Source: Tubulanus polymorphus (Eukaryota > Animalia > Nemertea). From it: 64,000 bases of DNA. A program made the translations under genes and the position numbers. Below the pieces are notes generated by a model that saw nothing but the letters and a program-made list of their open reading frames with translations, did not search any database and was not told the origin of the DNA. Positions 35,306 to 49,777 of this stretch are shown one piece after another. The DNA lies in the NCBI RefSeq assembly GCF_964204645.1, contig NC_134027.1, positions 24,080,560 through 24,144,559 of the forward strand, given 5' to 3'. Position 1 is the stretch's first letter. Each line of letters opens with the position of its first letter.

Positions 35306-35889
35306 AAATATTTATTGTTATGATAATGCGATGTTTTCGAATTTTGTCAGTTTTAAGATATTGCCCGTGGTTTGGAGTCCATATGGGGGATGATCCAAAT
35401 CGTCGTCCAATCCGCGCAATAGCCTGTCATCATGGCTTTCCGTTTGAAAGCTGAAACAGGTCCCTTCAAACGGATTTTTAATTCTTTTGATGTGAAATGA
35501 TTTATTTGCATAAAAGATTGTTACAGAGTTTACAAATGAATACACAATATATGGAAAACAATGTACCAATAAATTATGCGAGGAATTAGGAGAAGCCAAA
35601 TTCAGCTAAAATCTGTAGTCGGAATTTCATTTTGTCATTATCACCACCCGTATAAAATTGGTAAGTGTGTGGTATGTATCGGCTTCGTGTTACACTGGAA
35701 TGCGATCGTTGCCAAGAACTTGCCGCTAATCTACGAAAAAGATTACTGTCTTCCATCGATCTAACACAATCCGGTCGAAAGTATGCCTATTGCGATAATG
35801 TATCCCGACGCCTTTTCGTTGACTCCGTTCTATTCGGAAACATTAAAGGAAAGTCATGAATTCCGGGAACTTATTCTTTTAAATCTTCG

Positions 35890-36021
<132 letters not shown>

Positions 36022-39000
36022 ATTTAAAAAGATAAAATATGACGTGCATCTGACCCTAAAAATGATTTAGAAATAATGCGTTGAAACATACGGTGCATTC
36101 GCTTAATATATATTGCCTTTTTGGAAATCAAGTGACTCTTTTGGGATGTCCTTCTAAATTGGTATCCCGCCCCTCGAAAATATGTTCAACAAAAATATGA
36201 AGGAGAATGAATGAAGAAATTCCACACTTCGAACTTAATTATACGATAGAATTTATCATTTTGAAACCACAACGTTTTCACTAACAGCCATCATGAGATG
36301 GAATGACCAGAAAAACCAGTGACAAGGTAACGAAGGAGAATATTTCTTTTTATGAATCTGACGATGTTTGTTTTCTATATCGTCATTAATTCTGCCACAG
36401 TGTTCACTAATTGAAGTTATTTACCCAAAAGAGGATATTTAGTCATAAGAGAAGGATTCGGCATTGACTTATCGTGATCTTTGTGTGTAGCGCCATATAC
36501 GGTTTGAAAAACGGAAAACCACAGGAAATTGTTGTTCCAGCATTGCTACAATATTTCCGTCTAATCGAATGTAGTCTATTTTAGTACACGTATACGACTG
36601 TTTTATAGGAAACCGGGCCGGGTTGAGTGATTGGAAACCCTTACCTCATGCTCGACCCCAACCGCCAACGCGTTTTATGTATAATATGTAAATAAACTCG
36701 GAGATGTAAATAAATCGTCCTCGACACATACGTTACTTACATTAAACCGCACTCGAATCTCGCCGGGTTCTATCTGTTTGTATTTCACGTTTACTCGCGA
36801 CACGGAGGTATTTCGATCGATAAAGCGCGCCGCGATTATTATATTCAAGGATAAACAGTGTCTGAACACATTCGACGAGAAAAGTGTCGATTACGCGTGG
36901 AATTTTTGCGAAGAAATTTTCGGACTTGCTTGGAATAGTAAATAACGATTCAAAACTCAACATTTGGTGAGTGCACACTCGAAATTTATTTGATCAGGTT
37001 CTAAAACTTGTTTGAACTAGGCATCATTTTAGACCCCTGGGAATATTCGCACGGCCGAAGTTTAGTTTTAGTACCGGACTGAGCCGATTCATTTCACCGG
37101 AGTTTGTATAAGTTAATACCAGTATTAAAGTTGGTTTAAAAAAAAATTCAAACCATTATTTTAAGCCCCTTTACCTGAAAAGGGACAGAAGATTTCCCCC
37201 ATCTACGACAATCTACCATGTGTATTGAAGAGACTAAGGGAATTATCAAATTAATTTCTAAACATCTCTACCAAATATGGCCCAAAAGACGTAATTGTTT
37301 AGGGGACCAGTCGCAATTCCCAAGCGTAGTACATGCACAATTTCATTTAAGTACTGTAAGATATTTTTCAATATATAAGTACTGTATGATTTATATATGG
37401 GCCATCTATAATACGGTTGTTTTTTGTACGAATGATGAATGAATTGACAATTCAAATGTCAATTGCCTGTCCTCGATCTACGCGTAAAAAAATATATATT
37501 ACGTCTGCAATAATGTAGGCCAATCGTAGAAAACAAGTATCATTCGATTAAAGGGCGAAATTACTTTTCTGTATTTACGCGTATAAATCCTCCAAACATC
37601 AACATTGGGCCCTTCATTTGTCTGGTCAAAGGCCGAAAACCGGGTCTCGTTACGTAAAATTACGATAGATGGCGAAGTGGTGTTTACACGCAGAATACTA
37701 CTTATAACATTTTTCCGAGAAATTACCATCAATCATCGTTAGAAACCGAGAGAACCCTGTTTGAACTTTTGTGGGCCAATTTCCTCGCAATATACTGTGT
37801 CTGTGCGGTTTCCGGATTCATCTGGAACTGGTGACGAAGCGCCGGTCCATTTCCAACACGCCACCGGGACTTTCTCATCCCCGAACAGGTGTAAGTTCGC
37901 CCCCACACACATCGCCCGCAGAGACGCGCGGCGAGACTGATAATGAAAACATTTTACTCTTGATACACCTCACCCTTTCCAAATTAGGCACGAAACTAAC
38001 ATCTGATCGACTGTGAGTGGGGGGTATTTATAACTTCACATTAGCAGCCGAGAAGCTGCTATCATCTAGGTCAGAGCAGACGTCTTCGCCAATCGTTGGC
38101 TTCCGTACTGATGGGGTATCTGCAACAGGGGTGTAGGCGATGAGTTTTGTAATTTGAGATTCGCTAATACATTCTTATAGCTGACGTACAGTTTTGTTTT
38201 CAGTCGGCCATTAGCCGTCGAAGGATTAGTTTCTTGGGTTGTAACCTCCCTTTTCTACAGTACTAAACCAACAACACGGTTGTTCATTCAACGGATTTAT
38301 TCCTTAGTTTTCAGGCAGGTTTTATTATTTATCAATACTTTGCTTGCATGAACTTCGATAACTTTTCAGGAATTCAAAACCGTTCGTGCAGGAATTTTTG
38401 AGGTATGCAATTACGTAATTTTTTCAAATGAGTAAGCGAAAATTGTTTGGTCAAATGATCAGTTCTGGATGAAAAGAAATCGCAGGTTTATTAATGGATT
38501 TTTGCACATTTTAGATGTAAACTTACGCAATGAAAATATCTATAAATTAGACATGCGAATTATAATATATATGGTGGAATTTATAGGATAAAACAGTATT
38601 TCATTTGCTGTGTCGATTAAATTGAGGATTTCTCTTTTTCAACTCCAGGTAGTTAACAATATTCTTCTTGCATTTGCGCCGGATTCGAACTATTTTTGGG
38701 CAAAATCCCTACCACGATCCGATGTAAATGAAAAACCCGTGGTTTCAATATCAAATTGATGAAATTATTTTGAGGAAAAACACACACGCGCGTGTAGTCT
38801 TTTGAAATTGTCGTTATTGTGGGATTCGACCCGCGCGACTGTAAACAACACAGGTCGTTTCGATTGCCTACTCGTGTAGACACGACTATCAAACTGCCAA
38901 GCTGTCAAAATAATAAATCTATAAAATCTGCCATTAAAATTAGATAAAACAAGACAAAATAATTGACGAAACATTGTTTAATTGATTTTGTTAATGATTT

Positions 39001-39094
39001 TACTGCTCATTTTTCGTGTTTTGAAGCGAAATTAACGAAATGTACATCTGGGTCGTTGTAGTGAGAATTATTAAAGCACCCGATCAACGTCACC

Positions 39095-39431
39095 ATGTCA
39101 GCCGCGGACGAGTTAGGCTACGACAGTGAGGAAGAAGAGATGCCGGCCACCGAGAGAGATCTGGCTGATGACGCCCAATGGAAGCTTATACAGAAGAACA
39201 CGTTCACCAGATGGGCCAACGAACACCTGAAGACCGTTTCGAAGAACATCAACGACCTGGAATTGGATTTCGCCGACGGTTTGAGGCTGATATCGCTGGT
39301 CGAAGTTTTGTCCGGCAAAAAATTCCGGCACATCAACAAGCGCCCGAACTTCAGGACGCAAAAACTGGAGAATGTGACGATGACATTGCGATTCCTGGAA
39401 GAAGATGAAGGGATTAAACTCGTTAATATCG
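39095..39431 (+). CDS. FLN: Filamin coding exon 1 (CH1)
   Basis: [31 protein letters not shown], filamin actin-binding domain; donor G|gtaag. Confidence 0.97.
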
Positions 39432-42400
39432 GTAAGTTTTGAAATTTTTGCATTGGATGGTTCGAAGATAGTGAGTCAGTGGGCTGTTCTCGACTGAGTC
39501 AGTGGGGTAGGCCAGGCCTGTACGGTGTACCCTGTTCTAGGCCTACCCCTTAAAGTGACCTCATCCTAATCATGAGTAAAGGTTTGATATTCAAATAGGG
39601 CTTTTATCAACTAATCGAGTATTTTCCAATGGGCTCTGCAAAATAAAAGATTTTGAAGTAAAATCACAGTTCGATTACCGACTGACCCAGGCCCTGGTTG
39701 TTATGGGTTCAATCCTTAGATCTGGCTGGTTGTGCAAACTTTTTGAAAACTGGTTTAACCGTTTGTTTAAGAATTAACTATTTCATCTGTTGCGGTAGTG
39801 TGGTTGAATAATTTTTGATAGGCCCACTAAAACAGATTTGAACTTTCGCGATGAGACTGGGTACGATAACCTTGACTAACCTTTTTGGCACGCCCTGTTT
39901 GTAACCTATACCAAACCTAAGCGTGAGTCGTCTGTTGGTGCTATTTACATTAGTCAGATATGTGAGGTTGTGATACATGACACTTACGCTCTGATCTAGG
40001 CCTAGTCTAGGCCACCACTGCTACTAGGAATAGCTTAGCTAGTTTTGAAAGTGAGACAGGCCCAACAAGACTGGGTAATGACGAAATGTAAAAAGGTCTT
40101 TAAACTCGAAACATCGTGGGCCTCGGACTATTGGCCCTATTTCCATCTTGACATCGGATCTTTTTACGGAGTATCTTGTGGCCAGACAGGCTTTAGGGCT
40201 GTATTTGGATGATGAGATTGAGTCTAGTTTTGGTGCTAGGCCTACTCGAATTATGGTTACCTTAAGGTGAACCTTAAATCTTTGCCAAAAATAAAAATAT
40301 TGTAATAAAAATATAGTAGAAACTGCTTAATTCGGATTTTCATTTAGGCCTAAGTCGGATCAAACATTTTCAAGTTGCTGCTGTACGTTCATATTTCAAC
40401 GACCCCTGAAAATATTTCGAATCTCAACCATTTGGATCATAAATAAAAATTTTAGAAGTTTTTATGCCGACATTCTTTTTTTGCGGCCTCGAAAAAAGAA
40501 TCGCGTATAAGTCACCAGTAATTGTTAGTGTTTAGTGCGTCGCGTCATTTCCGAGAATACAAGCGCCTATCATCGGAATGTCGTCTCTATTCGGCCTCCT
40601 TTTGTTGTTTCGTAGAGAATGCCGCCGCCGGCATTTCAATTCGAGGATTTGTTACTCCGAAAGCGAGCGACGAAAACATGTTTTTTCGTGCTAATCGTGA
40701 GTCACGGCCGGCGACGATTCGACCCTTATCCGATTGAGTCGACCGGTTAATCGGTGGTCAGAATTTACGTCCATTAATTAGAGCTCTGTAATTGTTAGGA
40801 TCGGTAGGAGCGAATACGCTGTTAATTTCGTCCCAATTCCGCGTTAAAACTATTGCCTCGTGGCTTGTTTACTAATAGAGGCCAAATGTGAGAGCGTTTC
40901 CATATAAGGTGTTTAAGCCATACTACTATGCAGGCTGGCATTGTTTAGTCCCGTCGTGCGGTTAACTTATAGGGCATTAGTCAATGAAAATAATAGATTT
41001 TATGCATTATTATTCAAGTTGTTATAAGTAGGGCTATGTGAAGTCAATTTACGGTTATGAAGTCAGTTATGCCTATTTAAGCGTTGATCGTTTGAAACAT
41101 GGAATTAATCTGATATTACGAATGAAGTTGAATCGACAGTACAATTAGCCATGCATGGGTGTCCCCGGCAGGATTTTTCAAGGGGGCTTGAATTTCTCTT
41201 TAAAGGGGCATGAATCAACTTAGATTTCAACTTCGCAAACAGCCTAGGCCATAAGAAATTCCCTAAACTATGTAGGCCTATGCTATAGGCCTACTCATTT
41301 TATAGAGATTGAAGCTGCAGTCTTGCTCTTAAGATATATACTATCTAAAACCTAAAACTGTTGTCATGAATAAGAAGTTGGCATAAAAATTGCGTAATTG
41401 ATTAAGAGGATGTTTAAAACAAATGTTTTTTCACTTTTGAAAAAAGGCTCTTTGCCCCAAGATTGGGCCATTCATACCTCCTAACCCCCTCTTGGCGATG
41501 CCTATGATGGCTGGTTCATGGTGGTCCATCGTGTGTGTCACTTCAAGTCACAAAATATCATATCAAGTTAAAGTCACATGGATTTCACTCGGACCCCGGA
41601 ACAAAGATGATCAAAAATTGTTAGGGGCAGCAATAGAAAAATATTGTTTTTTTTAATACGATGTTTCAAGGCCGATGGCGCAAAGGTGACATCAATGTAG
41701 CCTCGAGCGAAACCCCCGCGAGACGTAAAGGTCGTAAATCAAATCAAACCGGTAGCTTTCAATTTTTTGAACGACTCACAAGTCAATTATATTAATCTTC
41801 ATCGATTTTCAATCACTGTGTTAAGTGCTAAGCGATGTCGATCCGGCCGACTCTCTCTCCATCTCTCTCTCTCTGCTCTCTCTCTCTCTCTCTGCTCTCT
41901 CTGCTCTCTCCCTCAGGGATATCTAATTAAGTCGCGTTAATTCTCGATTGCGGATAATAGCGCCGCGCTGGTCGGGCGTGATAACGGGTATTCGAACGCC
42001 CAAGCCTCTACGCACACATCGTCGGCGTTCTAACGTCGATTCTAGCCTGTATATGAACGGTTGTATTTTCTATCCAGGCAAACATTGATTTTTAAGTAAT
42101 TATCGTTCCGAAAAAAAATTACCGCCTAAAAATATACCGATTAATATGCTTAATCTGGATCATTTTTGGACTGATTAATTCATTGGGTTTATGAGAAATC
42201 TGGATTTAGAATCATATGATATTTTACATTTATTTATGCATTTGCGGACTCATAATTTGATCCGGATTAAGCAGATTTGACTGGGCCAACATTTTGTACG
42301 AAATTTCAAGCCCCTCAAGCTTTTGATGTTGATAATCTGGCTGATTGGCTTTAGTCTTAAGTATTTGAAAATGAACTGATTTTAAATCTTTGAAAAAGGC

Positions 42401-43623
42401 CTTATGCCTAAATTGAACAAGGTTAGGTTCCAGTACCCATAGATTTAAACCGATGGCTTTAAAATGATGGAAAAGAAACTTTTATTTTCAGTCTGAATAT
42501 GAATAGGTTTACATCATAACCGCGCTGAACCCAGTTCCATATGTATAAATCTATCCTCGTGGGATAAAGATGATTAAAAATTGACTTATTGCTAGTTATA
42601 TATCTAAATCTACTGTATCGGTACCTCACAACTGTGGAACTGAATCCCAGGGCTTGCAGTACATGTTTGAACTGAATTATACTGGGTCCGATTTCATACA
42701 GATATCAATACTTTTTCAGTGTGGTGGTTAATAGATACATTTATGACTGATATATTACTCCTGACAGCTTAGCGGTTTCTAAATGCCCGGGAACCCTCAA
42801 TTTAGTCATTGGAAAATTTTCGTTCGAAGATCTACCCTCGATTCAGTAGTTGGGTGAGATGTTCATTGCAGGGCAACGCGAAAACAGGATACAGCAACCC
42901 TGTGTATGTTTCCCTGTGTCGTGTGCATTTTATTACTAGAAATGAGAAACACGGTTTCGGCAAACTCTGTTTCCAGGAAACATCCCGATTGCCTGTTTCT
43001 GCGTTTCCCTGCGTCGTGTTCATATAGGGCTTGAACGATTACCTCCCTCTATAGAACCGGGGACTTCGCAAAAAACCACCCCGGTAAAAGTGACCCTGAA
43101 ATACACATAGATGAAAGGCTGATATATGTATCGCGTATAGATTTTAAGGTAGCTATATATCTACTGTATGTAAAACAGACGTCGTCATGTATCGGGGTAT
43201 ATAGCGTATGAATAATGTATGAGCGAGATGTAAAAGTGTAATTAGTCAATGGTTCATTGAACATATGGTTGTTACGCGGGGAGGGGGAGGTAAAAAGGTT
43301 ATAGTTTACTATCTTACTATGAATCATAACCTGCCTCACCCCTCCCTCGACAACGATGCCTTTGTTATGTGGCAATGTTTTCCATTATTTTTCGATCCTT
43401 GAAGCGTTGTGAATATTGCTCTTCAATTTTTCACAGCGGATGAGACGCATAGGTCTTTGCCCTCATCCCCTAGCCGATGTTGCTGCTACCCTCGTTCAAA
43501 ATGACAGTTCATGGGTCACAATTAAACACAACTTTTACTATTGAGGTTGCCCTTAATTTTTTCGAGATACGATCTGCTCTTAACAACGAATTCGAGCTAT
43601 CGTACCCGCTCCAACCCCCTAAA

Positions 43624-43925
43624 CCCTTTTCAGTGCTGACTATAATTAATACCTGAAAGTGCTGGAGATTATTTCGAAATGAAAAAAAATCCGCCCCATT
43701 GTTGAATAACAGGCATACTGATTTATCGCGACTACATCGCATCGTGGTGTATCATTCTCAATATTTTACCATCTTTGCGTTGTTGTTGTCACTATGTTTG
43801 TGTTGCCATCTTTTAAAGGATATAAAAACTAATTACCAATTACATCAATACACCGTGATGCGGTGTACTAGCTAAGTTCATCACTGATTGATTCACCGCA
43901 CTGTAGTGTAGTCGCACTGTAAGGG
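43624..43925 (-). mobile_element. piggyBac-type MITE, reverse orientation
   Basis: cccttttcagtgctgac...gcactgtaaggg followed by TTAA. Confidence 0.75.
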
Positions 43926-43959
43926 TTAAGTTATATCTTGTTTATAAAATCAACCCCTG

Positions 43960-44097
43960 GGGCCAGTTGCACAGTCGTGACTTAAGTCCAAAAGTGGTCT
44001 TAAATCTTAAGACTGGTCTTAAGTTGTTAGATTGGCTATAGAACTAAGTTGGTCTTAAACTGGTCTTAAATCTAAGTCCTGACTATGCAACCGGCCC
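43960..44097. mobile_element. Harbinger-like MITE with CTG TSD
   Basis: GGGCCAGTTGCACAGTC...GACTATGCAACCGGCCC; CTG at 43957-43959 and 44098-44100. Confidence 0.8.
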
Positions 44098-44197
44098 CTG
44101 CCTATTAGAAATCATAGATCTATCATTTTTATCGCGTCATTTCCGATTTATTTCTCGAAGATTTAAAGATTTGTTTTTAAACGTATTCGTATTACAG

Positions 44198-44452
44198 ACA
44201 GTACTCACATCGTCGACGCTCACTTGAAGTTGATCCTCGGTCTGATCTGGACGTTGATTCTTCACTATTCGATTTCGATGCCGATGTGGGACGACGACGA
44301 CTTCGAGGACCCCGACTTCGGCAGCAAGACGCCCAAACAGAAACTGCTCATCTGGATTCAGAACAAAGTACCCGAAAAACCGATCAATAATTTCACGACC
44401 GATTGGAACGACGGTAAAGCCATCGGTGCCCTCGTCGACGCCATCGCACCCG
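44198..44452 (+). CDS. FLN: Filamin coding exon 2 (end of CH1, start of CH2)
   Basis: [27 protein letters not shown]...[11 protein letters not shown]...[17 protein letters not shown]; phase 1-1. Confidence 0.97.
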
Positions 44453-45140
44453 GTAAGTCAATTCTCAATTTTCCCAAAAAAACATGTTTTCGAATGTTTG
44501 CAGAATTTTCCTACAAGAAACGATGACTGTTCTCGGGAAGAATCTTGTTAGTGCCAGAGTTTTTTTGAGCAATTGTTCTTGAACGCGGTGAAAGGAATAC
44601 CATCATGTGTGGCGCTGGCTCAGTTACAGCGTGGGTTGCGGGGCAAAAGACACATCGAACACGTTGTTTATGTTCTGAGTGGGATCGCTGGGTTGAGAGT
44701 AAAAATGAACCTTCTCTGCTAGTAATACTCGGATTGGAGCTCGGTGTGTTAAGGGGTGAACGGAACCTTGTCCGTAAAAATGGCCCCGAGTGGAGCTCAG
44801 AGGTATAAAGGGGCTAAATGAAACCTTGAACCACCTGCTAATGAATGCTCAGTGGGTTGTTGAGAGTTGAAAGATGAATTTCTAAGAATAATCAAGGAAT
44901 AGTTAATTGAGGGATTTTCAGGTAGCCTAGATGTGAAGCCTTTAATTGATGATATTTGCAAAACCCCGATCCGACTTTTAACTATAAGAGGATTAATTGA
45001 AGCATCGTTTCTGATCGGTTTTGAATATCCTATAAAACAATTATAGACGCAAATCGATCTTAGCACAAACTTCCGGTCGATCGATCATCGACGGGCTGTG
45101 ATCGGAGACGCTCGCGGGGTAAAAACAACTCGGGGACAAA

Positions 45141-45333
45141 ATGGACGGCGACGAAGACCGGACGACGATTAGTGAGTCACGTTCGAATCCCGTGTCGTCG
45201 GGACTTGCCGACGATTTCGAGCGGAGTCTTTTCGATTTAACTCCGGAGTCGTCGCATTGTTTCGAGGTTTATCTGAGTCAAACGCAGCGGAATTTTACGG
45301 TCGACGATCTCGATTCCGACTTCGATGACGAAG
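45141..45333 (+). CDS. Candidate alternative first coding exon of filamin (64 acidic residues)
   Basis: CpG-rich coding-like ORF with aaaATGG start. Donor AAG|gtgggt gives phase 1, matching exon 46863. Confidence 0.5.
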
Positions 45334-46862
45334 GTGGGTTTTCAATCGAGCTGAGGAACATCGTAGAAAAATAAGTGAATGTTGAAATTGAATGTTGGTA
45401 TTTTTTGTATCTGGACTTGAAGCAATTTTCTATTTTTGTTTTTCTGAAAAAAAGTTTTAACACATTTGAAAAAAATTGTCTTGGATACACGGTTATGGAA
45501 ATGAATTTTTACTTTTGAAAATATACCTTGTAATTAAGTAAATATTTAGATGGCTGGTTTTGATATATTGAGACCGATCTGGAGTAATATAAATGGGCTT
45601 TTAGGGATGAATTTTGTGATGTGAGTGAAAAAGTATCTTTTATTTCAATCTGAAAAATACGCTTGAAATTAAAGAAATTAAACATTGGTGGTTTTGATAT
45701 ATTCTGATTATCACAAATCTTTATTATGGGCTATTGAGAATTTGTTGTCAAAGTTACTGGCCCTTCGATGGCACACTGAACGAAGATATGACGAAATATC
45801 ATTTAAAAAGTCAGTCAACAGTTGAAACAACTTTTGGTACTGGAAAGATCACATTGCAATAAGAAAGTAAAGAGCAGACTTTGAAATAGCTGAATCAAAT
45901 CCAGATCATTTTATTTGTTCGTAAATTTTTAGAAAATATAGACAAAGAATTTTATTTCAAGAATAAGTTTTTTTAAATCACCAAATAGCATCAACAAGTG
46001 AAAGCTGCTTGTATCGATAGGTATAATTCCTTCCTCACCCCCAGCACCCTCCAGGTGCTATTAGCCTCGGTACAGATTGGTTTATTGGTTGCATTCCGAT
46101 GGTGATCGGGTCTGATGTGAAATTTATCACTTTCGCCGCTGTCTATACCTACCTTCACAGAACATTTAAAGCAATTTCTACTCGTAGCAAGTGGTATCTA
46201 TCGTTCAGCTATAAATTGCATCTCTTGAATTCAATAATGTGTACCTGTCTTATTATGGAACCGAGGATGATTAATGAAAATGGTTAAAATGAAAAAAAAA
46301 TTGGGCTTAATTTATATACAAAGGCAAAATTGGCTTGGCCTGGATTTATTTTAATCTTAACTCAAGGACAGAGCCTTGGAAATATACAGTTGAGCCCAAA
46401 GTTAAATCACGTTTTCTTGACTATCTTTGAATTTGTAAATTTCAGTCCAAGAGCCAGTTTTTGGCCGGTATCAGTTCCATCAGGGGTTTACCATAAAAGT
46501 TGAATGCAATGAACCATATTTACCGAAACTCGGTTATCGTCGAACAGCCCTCTTAAGGCTTAAACGCTAAGTTGGAGATCTTTAAGAAAGGTTCGAGGAT
46601 ATCCGCGAACACCTTACATTTAAATCAAAATGTCTGGCGATAAATTACATCGCGGAATTTAATTTCGATCGGTATTATAGATAAAAAAAGAAAAAACAAA
46701 TTTTCATGATATTCGAAAATAAATCATGGCATCGCGATGGACGGCGATCGTATTTATGGGTGTCGAATTATGCAAAATATCTCGCGATGTATTTAGTATC
46801 GAATATTTAGCCGTCATCTCGAATATGGAATAATCGATTTTGTTCATCGTTGTTCTCGACAG

Positions 46863-46960
46863 GTTTGTGCCCCGACTGGGAGAGCTGGGATCCGAAAAAT
46901 GCGCGACAAAACGCGAAAGAAGCGATGAACGCCGCCGAGCAATGGTTGGACGTACCTCAG
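46863..46960 (+). CDS. FLN: Filamin coding exon 3 ([11 protein letters not shown]...AEQWLDVPQ)
   Basis: CH2 sequence; cag acceptor, gtaagt donor. Confidence 0.96.
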
Positions 46961-47848
46961 GTAAGTCTGAGTTTATATTCAAACTGTATTTAACAATGGG
47001 ATACCTGCAACGCCAGATGGCGCAGCAAAACACCGGGTTATTAAAAATCAGTTCATTTTCAATGAAATTCGAACTTGATTTTAAAGCTTCCAAATCCGAA
47101 AAGATATAAGATTCCCTTTCTCACACAGTGTATGGTATAGATTTTGCTGAAAATTGATTTACCGGGTGCTAATCAGGAAAGTCTCAAATTCAATTCAAAT
47201 TTGATTGAAATGTAGAAGAAATTGAAGCGCAGTAACCCAGAGTCACTATAGCGATCCTGGCGGAATCCTTGCTTCCCACAGTAGCGTTGCAGGTATCTTT
47301 ATGTGTCTAAACGCAAAGAGAATACTTTTTTAAGTAGCTTCTTATCTTTTTATGGCGCAGATACTCTAAAAATATGAAAAAGATTTGATCATAGTCATAT
47401 TCATTTCCAGTTCATTTCCACTAGACAACTGTTTACGTCAAATGACTCTTAATTTGTTTTGAAAACCACTCCCAAAATGAAATGACAGGTTGCAGTCAGT
47501 TTTGTGTTACCAATTTGAAAGGTAAAAACGGACCTTCGTAACGGTATATGTACCTACAGTTAGGAAACCTGTGAAAGATGCAATTTCTTCGGCATGTTTT
47601 TGTAGAAACGATCTCGGCGATCACCCGCGAAGTGAGCACCCTTCCATTATGACTACAACCGGCGAATATTCACGCTTTCGGTAATTCGAACGGTTTTGTA
47701 GTCGGACGGAAAAAATCTCTCCCGGGGATGAATTTTCCATGTACAATTCTTCGATTGGGGGGTGGGGGGGGGGTCGGGGTGGGCAAAGTTAAAAGTGCAA
47801 CACCAGCCGTTCTATAATTGAATGGCGAACTCAGCGGGAATATTTTAC

Positions 47849-47879
<31 letters not shown>

Positions 47880-49649
47880 GTAAAACAGAACTGAAAACAT
47901 AATAGTTCTCATGTTTTAACTCGCTGATAACCCACACCTCTCTCTCTCTCTGCCTCTTTCTTCTGTCTGGTGGTTGCATTCTTCTATCCCGGCCGCGCGG
48001 CCCGCCTGATCATGTTTTTCATTCTGCTCGCTTCGCTATTATTCATATATAAGAATAATATCTTCGGCTCTCTTTTTCTGTTCGTTTTGCCCGCTCCAGC
48101 ACCATCACTACTACCACCGAGTTCGGATTGAGTTACGCGCTATTCTTACTGCGAGATACACGTAGATACTGTAGCTCTCGAAAGAAATAGAGAAAAAGTT
48201 TTTTCCCTGTGGTTTTAATTTTGTGTCTTATTAAAGACACTGACCAGTTTATCCGCCATTGCTGCAATATGTTTTTACTTATGGAAAGTGAGGATCCACT
48301 AGGTGTCACTAGTGTGCAGTAGGACGTCAACTACCGCAGCAATAGATTATTCCACGCATTGGCAAGTGAGGATCCACCAGGTGTCACTGATATCTGGTGG
48401 GGTAACTGGCGTCCCAAGTACATTATCGACATCAAATTTACTAAATTCTACTAATTCAAAGATATTTCGATATTGTATAGCTTTCTTATCGTATCAGATT
48501 GTTACCGAGTTACTGCCTCTCCTTCTCTACGTAGGGAAAGAAATTTGACCCTAAATAATATTCGACAATGTTATCTCCGGTGTTATTCGTGGTTTAAACG
48601 ATGTACTACAGATGTTTTTAATGCCAGTTAGCGATAATAAAGAATGCCATTTTATTATCAAAACAATACATAAAACGACGCTTTGAAGAGCGGTTCGATT
48701 TCCGCGTTCACTTGTTGTCTGTCGAGTACAAAAAGGTCTAGACAGTTATACAGATAGAGAATAATAACGCTACCATTTTAAGGCCCTTTTTTTAAAGATA
48801 ACTTAGAAGAATATGAATCCGCTGCCCGGAATTCGGTAAAAAACATCACGAGATTTTTTCAGGCTTCCTCATCAAGAAAAACAGGTTTTTTTTTCTCCTT
48901 AGTATCTCCATCCTAGTTTATGACATAATCATTTGCAGGAAGTTAGTTTTCTTCATTTCTCACACCATTTGAATTCAACTCTACACAATTTTCACACCTA
49001 AATTTTTTTCTATGTAGAAAGATACTTGAATTATATATAGATTTTTATTTCTTTTCTCTGCTCCTTTACTTTTGAAAATGCCTGTATAAAAACAGTTTTG
49101 TTTGTCATTATTTTCTCGTTCCTTGATCTTTTTAGGAAATGCCTTAGTTCCGTTATTTCTAGTAGATCTCATTGAAATAAACAATACCGATTTTCAATGA
49201 CAGCTCGCTCAAGGTCGCCGAGCTGATGATGTAGCCGCCGCCTCCTGACTTTGAAGAACCGTTAACATAAATATCTTCCTTTGAAGTTCCCTGCTGGTAT
49301 AAATAGCCGTTATATTATGGGGGGGCAGGTGTTGTACGGGACTACCGGGCTATTTTATAGTACATGTAAGCCATTTGCATTATAAATTAACCTTTTCCTG
49401 CTATTCCCTACATCGGCTGACATGTCGGATCCGAGACATAGAACTGTGGAAATAATTTAATTTATCGGGCTTTTTCTTATTTTATGGGAACAAAAAAAAA
49501 TGAGGAAAAAAACATAACAACTTCATTACTCATCGATCAAAACTTTTCTGACAATGTTTGCTGGAATTTTTGTTGTTTCGTCGAGGAGAACCTGTGTTTG
49601 TACATGAAATGGAAATAGATTGAAGTGAATGCGATAGTTTTTCCAACAC

Positions 49650-49777
<128 letters not shown>

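Noticed and set aside
42492-42506. 15-nt AG...GT segment after a pyrimidine tract in filamin intron 1
   Set aside because: Introduces an in-frame TGA and has a weak donor; no further support.
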